A DNA stretch of 63,964 nt, the filler included, from Intoshia linei (Eukaryota > Animalia > Orthonectida), in NCBI GenBank assembly GCA_001642005.1. It is 8 parts of 8 records of this genome, joined end to end, with 100 filler letters (N's around TTAATTAATTAA, not from the genome) between each part and the next. Parts side by side here need not be neighbours in the genome. Positions count along the whole stretch, not along the records: positions 29,185 to 42,936 come from LWCA01001000.1; positions 43,037 to 55,039 come from LWCA01001120.1; 6 more parts are not named here. One strand, given 5' to 3'. How positions within the stretch are numbered: the stretch's first letter is position 1; each line of letters starts with the position of its first letter. The position numbers and the translations under genes were made by a program. Of the stretch, positions 38,195 to 52,018 are shown in pieces. The notes beneath the pieces were generated by a model, which saw only the letters and a program-made list of their open reading frames with translations, did not search any database and had not been told where the DNA came from.

Positions 38195-41100
38195 ATGCAT
38201 TTAATACTTTACTTTTTCATTGGCTTTTTTTATGCTATTGAGTCCAAGCATATGTTTAAGAGGGAGGTATTCTTTAGAATTCTGTTTAAAAAATTATATT
38301 TACGTATTTTATAAAGGAAGCAGCTGATAAGATTGAAAATAGAGAATTCAAGGTATTTAATTTGTAAAATCATATTCATATTCATAATTTTATTTGTTTT
38401 TCTCACTTAATTTTTATTTTCATTAATTTTTATTTAAAGATGCCGAACCAATTTTCACCACAGGATTATGTGAATATTGTAACCAGAAGTGTTAATTCGT
38501 CAACTTTTAATAATACGAATAATAATGATACACTGAATAATAACACTACAGTCTCAAATAATTCAACATTGGATGAATAGTGAACATATAAAAAAATGAT
38601 TTATTAAATTTTCTTAGTATGGACAATGCATTTGATATTGGAAACTCGACGGATTTATACTCAATAAATGATTTATTTAACAATTCAAATATCAATCGAA
38701 ATGATTCCGTGAACAATTCATTTGATATTGAAATGAGTGGTTCTAACGGTAAGATTTTATTTATTATAAACTAGTTAAGTGTTATTTACTACATAAAAAC
38801 AGCACCTAGCGCTGCCGAGGACACATTTATATAGATTTCCACCCATATTTCTTTATTGAAAATATGTTGACGTTCAATGTAAATCTTCTTTTTTTAATTC
38901 TACGATAATTATTTACTTTTTCATTTAAAAATGTTGGTTGATAATATATTTAAAATTTTGTGGAATAAGCTGTATCAGAAAAATCTTTTTTTTAAATGTA
39001 TGTGTGTAAGTGTAATATACGTTTTTAAACGTCAAGAAGCCAATTTTAATATGTCGAAGTATATATTATTCGAATAAGACTTAAAAACTACATCAAATAT
39101 CCTAATTCATACAGCTGTATGTTACTTAGTTTTTATTGGATATTCATTTTAATAAAATTATTATTGAAAATATTTAATATAAAAATCTAATATAGGTTTT
39201 TAAACGTCAAGAAAGTCAATTTTAATATGTCAAAGTATATATTATTCGAATAAGACTTAAGAACTACCTCAAAAAGACTAATTTATACAGCTGTACATTT
39301 CTAAATTTTTATTGGATTATCATTTTAATAAAATTATTTTGAAAATATTTAATGTAAAAATCTAATATAGCTTTTTAAACGTCAAGAAGTCAATTTTAAT
39401 ATGTCAAAGTATATATTATTCGAATAAGACTTAAAAACTACATCGAATAGATTAATTTATACAGCTGTACGTTTCTAAGTTTTTATTGATAAACATCTTT
39501 ATAGCGATTATCCCAATTTTCGACTAAATCCCTCAGGGTCCTTTTTAAATTTTTTTATTCCATAATCGATGTTTAGACAAGTCCTTCAGGAAAATACAGA
39601 AACTAGCAAGAAAATGGATGGATAATTTGGAAAAGATTTATAACATAACTTATAATCTAGTAGAAAAATCGTTAGCTGCCAAAGATCACCTTAAACTATC
39701 TACAAGTAATTTTTCATTACTACATTATTATTGTTCAATAATAAATTATACTAGTGATTATATATAAATATTAATATTATACAGATGTACTATTAAATTA
39801 CTAAATTATGGGTGCTTAGTACAGTCCGACCCCGCTGTGGACATACTCGGTTTTTGGGGTATAATCAAGTTTTGGGCACTTTTTCAGAATTATGTAGATT
39901 TTATAGTATTTATATCGATTTTCAGACATTTAGCTGAAAATATCACCCTAAAACTGTGTTTCCCAACCTTTCAAGTGTCATGCCCCACTTTTATCCTTAC
40001 GAAATTTCTACACCTCACAATAATTTATAACAAATATTTCCATGTAGTGTCCCCACAGATTTTTCTATATTTATATATTACTGCGCAACAAACTGGGGTA
40101 AAACTAAAATTTAATATACCTAAATATAACATACAATAAACCGAATTCATTTGTGATTTTTGAGTTTGGTGTATATATTTTTAGTATATCAAAAATATGC
40201 GAATTTACCAAAGTTTAGTTTATCTTGTTCAAAAATTATCATTGCTGTAACTTTACCCGGTAACGTTTACTTTACCACTGTGTTTCAATGGTAGTTATAA
40301 GTTATAACTTTAAAGTGAAATGTGATAAATTCCTGATATAAATGTGATGTGGTTAATGATCATTGATCATCATTATAATCAAAAACGCATGTAAAGATAC
40401 CTCTAAAAATATATGTAAATTTTAATAAAGATTGAGCTTATCAATGAATTTGTAACAATAGAAATCATTGATAACTAATCCATTAATTTGTTTACTAAAA
40501 TTTTTAAAGACCAACCAAATATTCACAAGCCCCACCGGTGAGGCGCACACCCTACGTTGGGAATCACTGCCTTCAACCGTGTTGGACTGTAATAGAAACA
40601 AACATAATATAATAATGTATTGCAATAGTTTAAATATTTAATGAAAAATTAAATAACTTACTAAAACCCCGGATTTTGTGGCAACCCCTGTTTTTGGGGC
40701 ACTTTTCAAAAAATGGTGCCCCAATCCGAGGTCCGATTGTATAGAGAAGAAACGAACCTAACAAGCTCAAGACCATAACCAAAACGAAAAATAGGCATAT
40801 CAAAATTTTTTATCAAAATATTAATATTAATATACGAGTGTAATATAGTGCCATTAGCCCTAATGCGAGGTTCTTGACTTGAAATTTTAAATTTATTACC
40901 AAAATGGTTGTTATATTCAGAATATAACTTTTTAATGATCATTTAGACTAAGGATGGTCAAATTTCTAAATATTTAGTAGAGGCCTACAAATTGGAGTAT
41001 CGGTAAGATAGGTTGGGCGCTGGTAAATAAAAAAATTTAAAATTTCGTATTTTCTGGCTTCATGTTTTTTTATAACGATTTTTTAAGAGTTGTATAATTT

Positions 41101-44100
41101 GATTGTTTCTAAGATCATACACTGATTCTTACTAAATTAAAAAGTTGGTTCTCAGGAGAGATAGCTGATGTTTATACATATATATACAAAGTACATAATA
41201 GTCAAGCTAGTAATTAATAAATAAACTAATAAGACTATCAAATTTTGACATTATAAATAATTTTTTTTAAATTTTGATAAATTTATTTTTAGTCTCACTG
41301 TATCAAAAGTTTTTAACAAATGTAATTAATCAACTAAGTCAGTTATATAATATATATCTTCAAATTGGTGAAAGTATCACAGAAGCAACGTCAAACATTT
41401 TACTGAATGGTAATGCATAAAGTAGTATATTATGAAAATTAGATAATAATAAAATCAATTAATGTTTAAATTAGAAATCAATGAAAACATTACATGTGAA
41501 CCCATAACAAAAAGTGGCGTAAATGAAACATGTATAGAAATTATTAATATTTCTCACAATAATTTTTACAGTATGATTAAAAATGGTAAGTTATTTGGAC
41601 TAAAATAATTATGATTTATTATAATTAATAATATATATATATATTATATTATTCATTTAGAGAATGAAAATGTAGAGAATCACAATTGCAGTTATATTCA
41701 AAATGCAACTAATAACTTTACTGGTATAGTAACTTCAAAAAAATTCAGAAATTAGTATAATCACGGTCAAAAATTCAAATTACCCTTTTTTAAAAATCAC
41801 AGTCCAAGAATGTTAAAAAATACAAATTCTGGGATAGCTTTTAAAATATTAATTATTATTATAAATTTTAAACTTAAAAACGTGCATCGTCACGATCAAA
41901 ACCCACATTAACCGTTATTTTGGATAATGACAAAAACTAATGAGAATATACATAACGACAATATCTAGGAAATTTCAATGAAATGGAAAATTCGATAATA
42001 ACGGAGATAAAATGTTCATTTGAATCTATTAGAGAAATTAAACACATGTTTATGGGGTTAAAAGGTACATTTTTATACTATAGTATAATAATATAATACC
42101 GTATATTATGATTCATGAAAAATTACGATTATTGTTAATTAAACAATAATGTATATAAATTACTTGATTAGATGCAAATAGTACAACGTTTGTGTTGAAA
42201 ACTCTGGTAAAACTTGGTATGCTGGTAGAAAATTCAAAATCTTACATTATAAATTCTACAAATTCAATTTCAAACTTGATAATGGAACGTAATACTTATA
42301 ATTATCAAAATTAATAAATCAAATTTTTATAGTTCAAAATATTAACAGACCAACCCAAAACAATAATAATTATGGTACGACATAATTTTAAAACAAAACG
42401 TTTACATTCTGCATTTAGTTGGCTTAAACAATATTCAGGATTTGGGGGAATCTACACGTCAAAATGTAGAAAACAATTACAAAATATTAAAAAAAGTTAG
42501 CTCAAATATTTTTAAATTGATTCAAAGATTTAATGATGGTAATTAATATAATACTCTTATATATTCCCATGAACTTGAATCGGTTAACATCGGTTATGTA
42601 ACACTGTATTGTCATAAAATAATACATAATTTATGTATTATAATCATTATTTATAGAAGAAAGTTCGAAAAAGATATTAAACAAAATAGTACAATTTGTT
42701 ACAAAGTATATGGAAAACAATAAAAGTTACGAAACTGAAGCGGTTCGAGTGCTTATACGATATTATCTATTTAGTAATAATATTAAAAATTAAAAGTTAC
42801 ATTTAAATGGTAATTTTAAATTAGATTACAAAAACTGTGAATCAGAAATGGAGCAATTGGATAGTATGTTTTGTTTATATTGGGTTGTTTCATAAGTAAT
42901 GTCGTTTTTATTGTAACTTTATTATAAATCATCATANNNNNNNNNNNNNNNNNNNNNNNNNNNNNNNNNNNNNNNNNNNNTTAATTAATTAANNNNNNNN
43001 NNNNNNNNNNNNNNNNNNNNNNNNNNNNNNNNNNNNATGGGTGAAAATCTATATAATTTATTCCTTCGCAATTTTTAAATTTCAAATTTTCATTTTCAAA
43101 CCATTTCTATTAAAATATCAAATTTAAATAAGAAACTACAACAACTTTGTTAATATCATTTTTATATTACAATCCTTTGCAATAATGGTAAAATTCGACT
43201 GAAATATGTTTATAAAGGGAAGATTGAGTTAATTATTTATACATAATTAATATTTTTAAGTATTTATTAAATTGGTACTAAATATATATCATCACATTGA
43301 AAATGACAAAATAGGTTTTTATAATTTTATTTTGCTGGGATTTATGCTATTTATGACAATTTTTAGGATTGGACTGTTTTTACTTAATTTTAATATTATA
43401 CACACATTCTGTCTAATAAATTTATTTACCTTATAAAATATTGTTTAACCAACAAAAGAAAATTACAATAATAACTATAATTTTCAATTTTATTAACATT
43501 TGCTCAACAAACAAAGCAGGAATTTAAGTTTTTGGATGAAAAAATTAAGAAAAACATGAAAATAAAGTTGATTTTAGCTATTTTTTGTTAATTAGTTGAT
43601 TGAGTAACGCAATATCGTTACTGAATTTTTTGAAAAACTGTTTCTAACATCATGATCTGCATTCAAAAATACACCCCCACCTAGATACTCCGTTTTTCAA
43701 ATTCTCAAAATTTAAAAACGATGTGACACCCTAATGTAGATCCATCGTACAGTACACTTATTTGTACGATGAAATTTGACTTACTTATATCGTTATTAAT
43801 AATATACGCATCGCTTTATGTCTAGCGGTGTTGAATTAGGTGGAAACATTAAATTAACAGTAAATTAAAATATTAAGATATTTTAAATCTTACAAACACT
43901 ATAATTACATAATTTTATTTAGATAACCATACATTTAATTCGTCATTTCCCAATTAAATCCAATTTTTTAATAGAAAACAATAATTTTCTAAATTTTAAT
44001 CTTCCCTATATTCAGATTAGACTTGTATTTATTTCATACTTCCATTCTAACTATACTTTATTTTTTATTCTGTAAATAATGCACAAAACATTACTTTTCA

Positions 44101-47100
44101 TTACAATAAAAATTTTAATTTTAATTTTAATCGGTAATATATCAATAATAAATGAACTATATCAGTGGTTCTTAAATTTTAAAATTGACGCAATTGCTAA
44201 AAAATATTTGTAATATATCAGACTTTTTGATATTTTCGTATACTAAGAATCAAAATTTACCGTATGTCGACGTTTATAAATTGAATTATGTAAATTTTAG
44301 TTATAGACTAAACAAATTTTCAGAACCACTGAATTGACGTAATGTTCAAATATTCATATCATTGATTTTTATATACAGCAATTTTATTGAATAGGGTTCG
44401 TGAAATATCGAATCCTATTTTATTATTAAAAGTTTCTAAACTTACCTAAAACATTTTTACCTAAATTCCCAGAAAATTTAATATAATAATACATTTTATA
44501 TATAAAAAATGTATACATAAAATTATAATGATATAAGTAACGATAATAATGGAATAAGTGTATATCTAATATTATAATTGTAATTTTGAATAATAAATTA
44601 TGAAAAATATTTTAAAAAAATGTCAAAAAAGAAATATATGTAAACAATTTTGTTTTAAAAATAAAAATTTATATTATAACGCGGGCCGCATAATTGACAC
44701 CCTGATATACATGACATACATGTATTTAAGTACGACTTTTCAAATAAATCCAAAATCATTAACATTATCACATTTAATGTAATTCTTCTGTATTGTATAA
44801 CTTATATAATGTATATATTACTTATAACATTCATAATCGTTATTTTATTTTGAGTTTAACCATTATCATATCGGTTTTAATTTGTTAGCATATTGAAAGT
44901 GAAATGTTAAAGTACATAATGTAAATATCGTATACATATTTTAAAATGGTATTATCTCCATTTAATTTAAAAATTAGAGGCTTCAGCGAAAAGTGAAGAT
45001 GACATTATATTTGACTTGAAGTGTAGCCACAATAATTCTCTACACAACATTGGTTATTTAACTAATTGATTAAATAAATTATTCAATATTTAGATAGAAT
45101 TAAAATATTTAATATAAATTTAAATCAGAATTTACACAAGCAAGATACAGATGCTTGTAAGCCATTAGTATCATCAGTATGGCCCAAAGGTGATTGGTTT
45201 TAAATAGTGTTTATTAAACTGGAGTCCGCGGTAATTAAAATGATTAAAAATTGGAAAATTTTTTTTCAGAAATGGATGGTCCGTGAAGTTTAATAACCAA
45301 TTATTTATAATATATTAAATTCAAATGATAGGTTATTATTGTATATTTAAAAACAAATACTGCCCAAAAAAATTCTCTCAGAGTTCACTGATATGGAAAT
45401 ATTACTATTTAAATTTATTTTGGGAGAAAGAATACATTATAGATTATTTAAAGCGTAATCAATATAATACAGTGCAACCTCTTTAAGTCAAAACGATACG
45501 TTTGCGAAATTTGCATTTTTAGAGGCAATTTGAGGCAAAGCGTGATAGCACGTGATAATTATAATATAACAATAGAAACACAGTAAAATTAAATATTACT
45601 AACATATTACAATTTCCAAAACAAATGAATTCTATTTATACAATTCTGTATACAAATTTTAAAGCGTGATAATTTTGAATTAACCAGGTTTTGCCTTAAA
45701 GAGGTCCCATTGTATATTATTATAATAATGTATATTGAATATATTATATTAAAATAACTATGAATATTTAGTTAGTCGCTTTCTATCCAGAAAAGAAATA
45801 AAATTAAACTTTTGCTGTAGACGAAAAGGATCTAACAATATTCCAATTGTAATAAATAAAAAAAAGGATTTTTATTTAATTCGGCTGGAACGTAAATGTC
45901 AATCAATTGTAAATGCAACATATACGGACCAGTGTTTAAAAATAGAAACAAAAGATAAATATTTGATTTATTCCAAAATCGAAATACAAGGACTAATTTA
46001 CCCTTATAATAACTTTACATCTAGTTACCTACAATTGTGTTTCTGTAAATATCATATTTCAAATAAAAATGGAAATATTAAGAGTAATTTTATAATTCTT
46101 AACCTTCGATTACTGTGAATTTGTAAGGTTGGTAGTTTTTCGGGCAATAATAAATTTTTTTTAAATAATAATCTGTATAGTTATGATGTTAAGATTAAGA
46201 TATTTTTATGATATTATAAATCTTGTAGATCTACATATGTTATTATTCAGTATCTATACTAAATACTAAAATATTGTTAATACACAATTTTTGATGTTTA
46301 CATTTTTCGTTTATTTTATAATAATTAATAACACTAACAAAAAAATAAATTTTTTTGAATGCAATAGTTAAATTTAGTGCATCTGAAGAGATTTTTATTC
46401 TGAATAAATTAGTTCAATCAGTTTTTCTGTGTCACGTCCAGATTGTTTTAAAAGACTACGTATTTGAGTTTTACATGGCTCATATATACGTATAATATAT
46501 AATGTAAGTTAGTTTTTCATATTCAATCTTATTTTATTTATAATTCAGAAAGGCTTTAATTACTAATTGGTACAATTTTATTGTATACAAAAGTAATTGT
46601 ATAAAATTGTACAATTTCCCAATTTATTCGAGCGTTTTTAATTGTACTTCAAATTAATTTAGAACCCCATATTTTTAAGGATTTTTGACAATTTAATCTC
46701 AATTTAAAAAAATCTAGACGTGATTTAAAAATATTATTGATATCACGTTGACCAACTCGTTCAAACTAACAAGGTGATCTAGAGATGTATTTATCATCGT
46801 TGCATATTTTTGGTGGTGTACTGTGTAATTAGACAGAAACCACAATAAATCTTTGGTTCTTTCTGTTTGAAAAATTTGTCTCCACCATATGTTGTTTAGG
46901 GTCAAAGGTGAGGATTTATTGACCGGAATAGTTCAGGGTTATCTATATACACGAATAAATTACATTAATTGCGTAGATAATGCAAATGCAACAATTAATC
47001 AATATAATGGTAGTACCATGTATTCGAAATTTAGCTTTAATCTGTTATGGATTATAGTTGGACTAATAATAACAACTTTTACATTATGCTCTGTTTTTTT

Positions 47101-47349
47101 CGTGAATCGGTAACTCTTATATTCTTTAATGTAATATAATTCTTATTTGTTAAAAAAATAATTTTTTTCTTTAGTATTCAAAATTTTATCCATTCTAGAA
47201 AAAAAAAAGTTTTAGTAAAAAAAATTGAATTGACAAAATTAGAAGACAATACTGAAATTATAAAGACTTTACAAGAATCTATTCAAAGTGGCGATGAAGA
47301 CCTTTCGATTGAATTATATACTAGTGTGGAGGAATTGTATAAAAATTAG
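38195..47349 (+). CDS. Uncharacterised type-I membrane glycoprotein, about 19 visible exons, spans a gap
   Basis: Signal peptide MHLILYFFIGFFYAIES; in-frame exons starting at 38195, 38317, 38440, 38618, 39577, 41293, 41475, 41661, 41969, 42172, 42333, 42419, 42657, 42825, [gap], 44978, 45094, 45772, 46900, 47175; many N-x-S/T sequons; TM LLWIIVGLIITTFTLCSVFFV; tail ending IELYTSVEELYKN*. Confidence 0.75.
39022..39490. repeat. Tandem repeat, ~2.7 copies of a ~175-bp unit
   Basis: TTTTAAACGTCAAGAA...CAATTTTAATATGTC.AAGTATATATTATTCGAATAAGACTTAA...ATACAGCTGTA at ~39022, ~39196 and ~39372. Confidence 0.9.
39822..40739. mobile_element. pogo/Tigger-like non-autonomous element (related left end at ~4055)
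   Basis: TA|CAGTCCGACCCCG ... CGAGGTCCGATTG|TA imperfect TIRs with TA duplication. Confidence 0.7.
42880..42936 (+). mobile_element. mariner-like TIR running into a gap
   Basis: TA|TTGGGTTGTTTCATAAGTAATGTCGTTTTT, matches 11092. Confidence 0.55.
45470..45712. mobile_element. pogo/Tigger-like MITE
   Basis: TA|CAGTGCAACCTCTTTAAGTCAAAAC ... GTTTTGCCTTAAAGAGGTCCCATTG|TA. Confidence 0.75.
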
Positions 47350-47490
47350 AATTTTTAATTTTTAATAAATCCTACTTTGTCTGTAGTATATGCGTGTGCC
47401 TATCTGATTACTCCCTATTATAACAACAATTATATCATAGAATTTGACTTTTTTCAAATAACACTAGGGCACAAAATAAGATTTATGGTA

Positions 47491-48046
47491 AAAACGGCAC
47501 AACTTAAATAATTATAATTACATAGCAATGAAAATACAATTGTATTAATATGATCACAAGTAGAACTTGAGATTAAAAGATTATTGTTGTAATTGATTCA
47601 TTTTCGTAGTTAACATTTTCAAATTTCGGCTTGTAATAATTAAAACTAAGTTCACTGCGTTAACAACAGCGAATATTGCAAAATAGAAACTAATAATTAA
47701 CACTTTTTAACAGCGTAACTATTTTTCACTACAAAACATCATATATTGTGTATTTTTAATTAGAATTTATAAATGAATATAATAAAAAAATATTCTGAGG
47801 TGTGAACACCATAGAATATTTTTAATTTTTTTGTAATATGGTTTGTAAGTAAAAAATTAATCTTAATATTTCTGTTTTAACTTAAGTCTGTAGTGAATGA
47901 ATTCTATAAAATCTAATAATAATAAAAATGAATCTAATATAAATCAAATGTTAACTGAAATTGCGTTATATCAGTGTAGTTTCGGTATTTCATTGTATTG
48001 TATTTTCATTGCTATGTAATTATAATTATTTAAGTTTTGCCGTGTT
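47491..48046. repeat. Long inverted repeat (fold-back or MITE-like)
   Basis: 47491-47540 and 47997-48046 are reverse complements, 48/50 match. Confidence 0.85.
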
Positions 48047-49605
48047 TGTATGTGCCGTTTTTGTAGATTACCGTTACATCTGCGGCATTTACCTTCTCAA
48101 ATCGAAAAGAATGTATGATATGAAGAATTCAATTATCATTGTATACGAATGTACTTTTGGGATGTCAGCAAAAAACGTAAAAAATATTTGGACCCTATCA
48201 CATATTTACAGTGTATGCTATATGTACTTTAAAACTGCGATTTAATATTCATAAGATTTATTCTCTACATAAAATTATAATGTTTGGTATATATTTCTTA
48301 TAAAGTTTCTAGTAGTACACTATTGAAGTTACTGCTAGTACTTAATATCATTATCTCGTTACTGAATGTACTTATAACTTCATTTTTATGAGTTATACAC
48401 CCGATTACGCTACTATTATGATGATATGTAATTGTTTTTACTATTTAGTCTATTAAATCAAATTAAATTTAACAAAATTGGTTCACAGAATTTTCTAGAT
48501 TAGTCAAATTATGTTTTGTTTATTAGTATATATATTTGTAGTCATATATTTCATAGTTTACATAGACTCCGTTTTTATTGAAACACTCGTAATAGAAAGT
48601 AAATTAATGTTCTCATTAGGGACAGTGGCCCTATTGTACTTTTAACTAACAAAAATTAAATTAAATTTTAGTAAATAATAATAAATAAAAATAAATTTCA
48701 ATGAAAATTTATCAAAAAAACAATAATTTTTAAATTTCGTTGTTACAGCGAAATGTATTATCAATCTGCAAAATCTGCCAAAGAATGTGCCATAAAATAG
48801 TCAAAAACGGTGGCCCTAGTTCTCATAAGAACTAATGAAACATAAGAATTTTTCTTGCTAAATTGTAAATCCTAACTTATATAAAAGGCTACGCGATTTT
48901 TTTTGTGTGTCTGTGTGTGTTCAACTTTATTTAAATAACTACGCGTTTTAGAATTTTTTAAAGACCACATTTCAATTACTTATAACTATGGCAAGCAAAA
49001 GTCAGGAAAGTTAAAATTTGATATATTAAATAGTTTAACATTTCCAGCATGATGGCACCAATATTAATTGGCTAATTAAAATTTTATAAAGTTAATAAAG
49101 TTAGATTTCAAAATATTCAATTATTTATATGTGCATTTTTAAATTTTAAAATCTGAATGTAATGAGTAAAGTGACAATAATTTATTGAATACAAAAAATT
49201 ATAAATTAAAGCTTTTCATAGCATATATTTGTAAAAGTGACGTGGACGATTCGTGTAACTATTGTAATAAAGTTGCATGATAAGAATTTGTTAATAGTAA
49301 CGCTACACTGAATCTTAATTAAATTTTAATCTAATAATCAGTTAATGCCTAAATTTCAAAAGTCGAGACAGAAAAAATTTATAATATTTTAAGAATTGTG
49401 ATTTCTCATTTGAAAAATTATATTATGTGCAGAGTTATAGATCATCTGTTAAACACAAATTATTAACTTTGAATGATACTACTCCAATCCGTAAATATTG
49501 CAAATTAAAAAGTCATTTTGCCATTGACATAGTAGAATTTTTTGCCTCGGTAGACATACCTTATACAAGTTAAACAACAAAAAATTAAAGAAATTTTTTA
49601 TCAAC

Positions 49606-50300
49606 ATGGGCAAATCGTTAACATCTGAAAACAATTGTGGTGGTAAAATCGACCCTGTATATTTAAAGGAAATTGAAAGGATAAAATCGTGTTGTAAAGA
49701 TGAATTAATATTTATGATGTTGAATGAAACCGATTTAAACGATGTTAAATATATAAACATAATTGTCGGTACTTTGAAAAACTTCCAAAATTTAAGGCTG
49801 TTTGACTGTAAAATAATTAATACAAACATGAATGATCAAATTGTATCTATGATAGGATTATATAATAAATTAATCGAATTAAACGGATATACATCTATAT
49901 TAGATGTTATTGACATGGCAAAAGAGTCGTTTACTATTAATCAACCATATGATACAATAAAAAAAATACAATTTATTCCTGACCCATGTGAAATACAACT
50001 ATATATAAAAAAAAGAATGATATCGATTAAATTATGTTAGCTATGGATCAGTCCAAACCTCATTTATTGTACAGCCAATTGAGAAATGGTCCTTTAACTT
50101 CTAACGGTGTAGAAAGAAGTTTTAGCATGCTGAAGACATTACTCACAAAACAAAGGAATTTTTTATCTAATAACGTTAAAAAACATTTAATATTGTACCA
50201 TAATAAATCTTAATATTTAATTTTTTAACAAGGGGGACCAAATTGAATTTTTAATGTATTTTTTATAGGATAAAAAAGTTAGAATTTTATTTTGATAGGT
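49606..50300 (+). pseudogene. Degenerate hAT-superfamily transposase, 3' part
   Basis: ORF 49606-50040 followed, after a break, by GPLTSNGVERSFSMLKTLLTKQRNFLSNNVKKHLILY (S..VERSFS dimerisation motif); 3' flank shared with 1-130. Confidence 0.75.
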
Positions 50301-50458
50301 TTTCCATCATCAAGTTGTTCGACTTAATTGACGGTTTTGATTGACCTATTATTTTTTTAATAAAAACACTAGAAAAAAATTTTTGAAAATGTATTAAATT
50401 TAACACACCTAGTTTTAGTTGGCTGCCGTCACTGGCTTAAAGCATCGAAATGTTTTAA

Positions 50459-50663
50459 TCCTTACCTTTACTTTATATAAAATTGAATGTATTTGTGTGT
50501 TACCGTTTAATTAAAAAATTAACAGTCCAACAATTGAAAAAACCTATTTACTAATATTTTTTTTCGAGAGCTATGTTTTATGAAAAATTTATTATTATAG
50601 ATATTTATAATTTATTCATAGAGGTAGCTGCTGTTTGTACAAAGTACATAACATATAAGCTAG
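50459..50663 (+). mobile_element. Minimal non-autonomous Helitron-like element
   Basis: A|TCCTTAC...GTGTGTTACCG 5' end and GCTGTTTGTACAAAGTACATAAC...AAGCTAG|T 3' end; inserted between A and T, no TSD. Confidence 0.7.
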
Positions 50664-51206
50664 TATAATATATTAGAAGGTTATAAATAACTGTATGTAA
50701 TAACCACTTATACATTATCACCAAAAGTCGATAGTATAATTTGTATTATTCGATATTAAGGTGACAAATTAATTGCACGTTACACCGTATGTTTATTTAT
50801 TAATTAATTACATATCTATAATTGAAATTGAATAAATTTAGCCAGTGTTTTTAAAACAACTAGTCAACTTTTCATTATTTAATTAACCAGAAGAACTGGA
50901 TCAAAAAATCACAAATAATGTTGTCATTTGTCATTTATATAATTTATCACGCTGTTTCAAATTGACTCGTCAGAATAATGTATTGATTCATATATTGTTT
51001 ATACTGGGCACATTTTGATAAATATTTTGATGTGTTTTTAATTTTAATTATTTTCAATCTTAACGGGTTTTTGCAAAAGGCGTCGTAGTAGTCCTTAACG
51101 CTTAATGAATTACATTAAAAATGTTGAAAATAAATGATGGTTTAACTTTTCTTATATTTTTAAATAACAGCAATGTTTACTCAGCTTTAGCTCATTAGAT
51201 AAATAA

Positions 51207-52018
51207 TCCTGACTTACATAATATGCTACACGATTTTTGTTTGTGGATGTGTGTTCAACTTTATTTAAATAACTACGCGTCTTAGAATTTTTTAAAGACC
51301 ACATTTCAATTACGATAAATTCCAAGCTCCCAATTTCACATCTTACGGATCAAAAGCCCCAGTTGTCCATCTTTTTGAAAATCAAACGAGTTGGAGAATT
51401 TAAAAAAATATATACGCTGATGCGGATTTTAAAATCATAAACATTATCATAAATTTAAATATAAAAAAATTATATCTTCAGAGCAAAAACCCCAAATAGT
51501 ATAGTAATACCTACACCGGCAAATAGCACATTTCAAAATGACTTCATGATGAATACTTTAGAGAAAAAAAACAAAATATGGGTGTCTTTAAGTAATAGAA
51601 TAAAATTAACTGCTAACACTAAGAGTATTTCACCATAGAGAAAAAAATTATAGAATATAAATAAAATATGTCTAATCTGATGATTTTTATTGAAGTAATT
51701 AAATTACCCTGTGAAATATCACTTAACCCTCAGCCCTAAGTTGAATTTAAAAACTCGAATTCTCAAGGGGAAAATAACGCAGTTGGCAACCCTGATTAAT
51801 CATCATAATATATTTATTCTGATATATATTTAAAAAAATTTTCAATAGAATTATATGAAGTTATGATCTACGGTAATACATTTTTGTAGCCTTACTTTAA
51901 TGGGTTCGTAAAAGTGATTTAAAACCATAATAGATTTAATTTTTAATGCTATATTAGATATATCCGCCCTCGGCAGCGCTAGGTGCTGTTAGTACAAGGT
52001 ACTAATCAGCCAAGCTAG
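51207..52018 (+). mobile_element. Non-autonomous Helitron with both termini
   Basis: A|TC start; subterminal hairpin GCTG-TTAGTAC-AAG-GTACTAA-T-CAGC; CTAG|T end; no TIR or TSD. Confidence 0.78.

Noticed and set aside
39837-40942. ORFs 39837-40139, 40422-40625 and 40706-40942
   Set aside because: Within or overlapping a non-autonomous pogo-like element, with AT-biased composition and no domain motifs
51070-51085. CGCCTTTTGC on the minus strand resembling U5 loop I
   Set aside because: No flanking stem or Sm site
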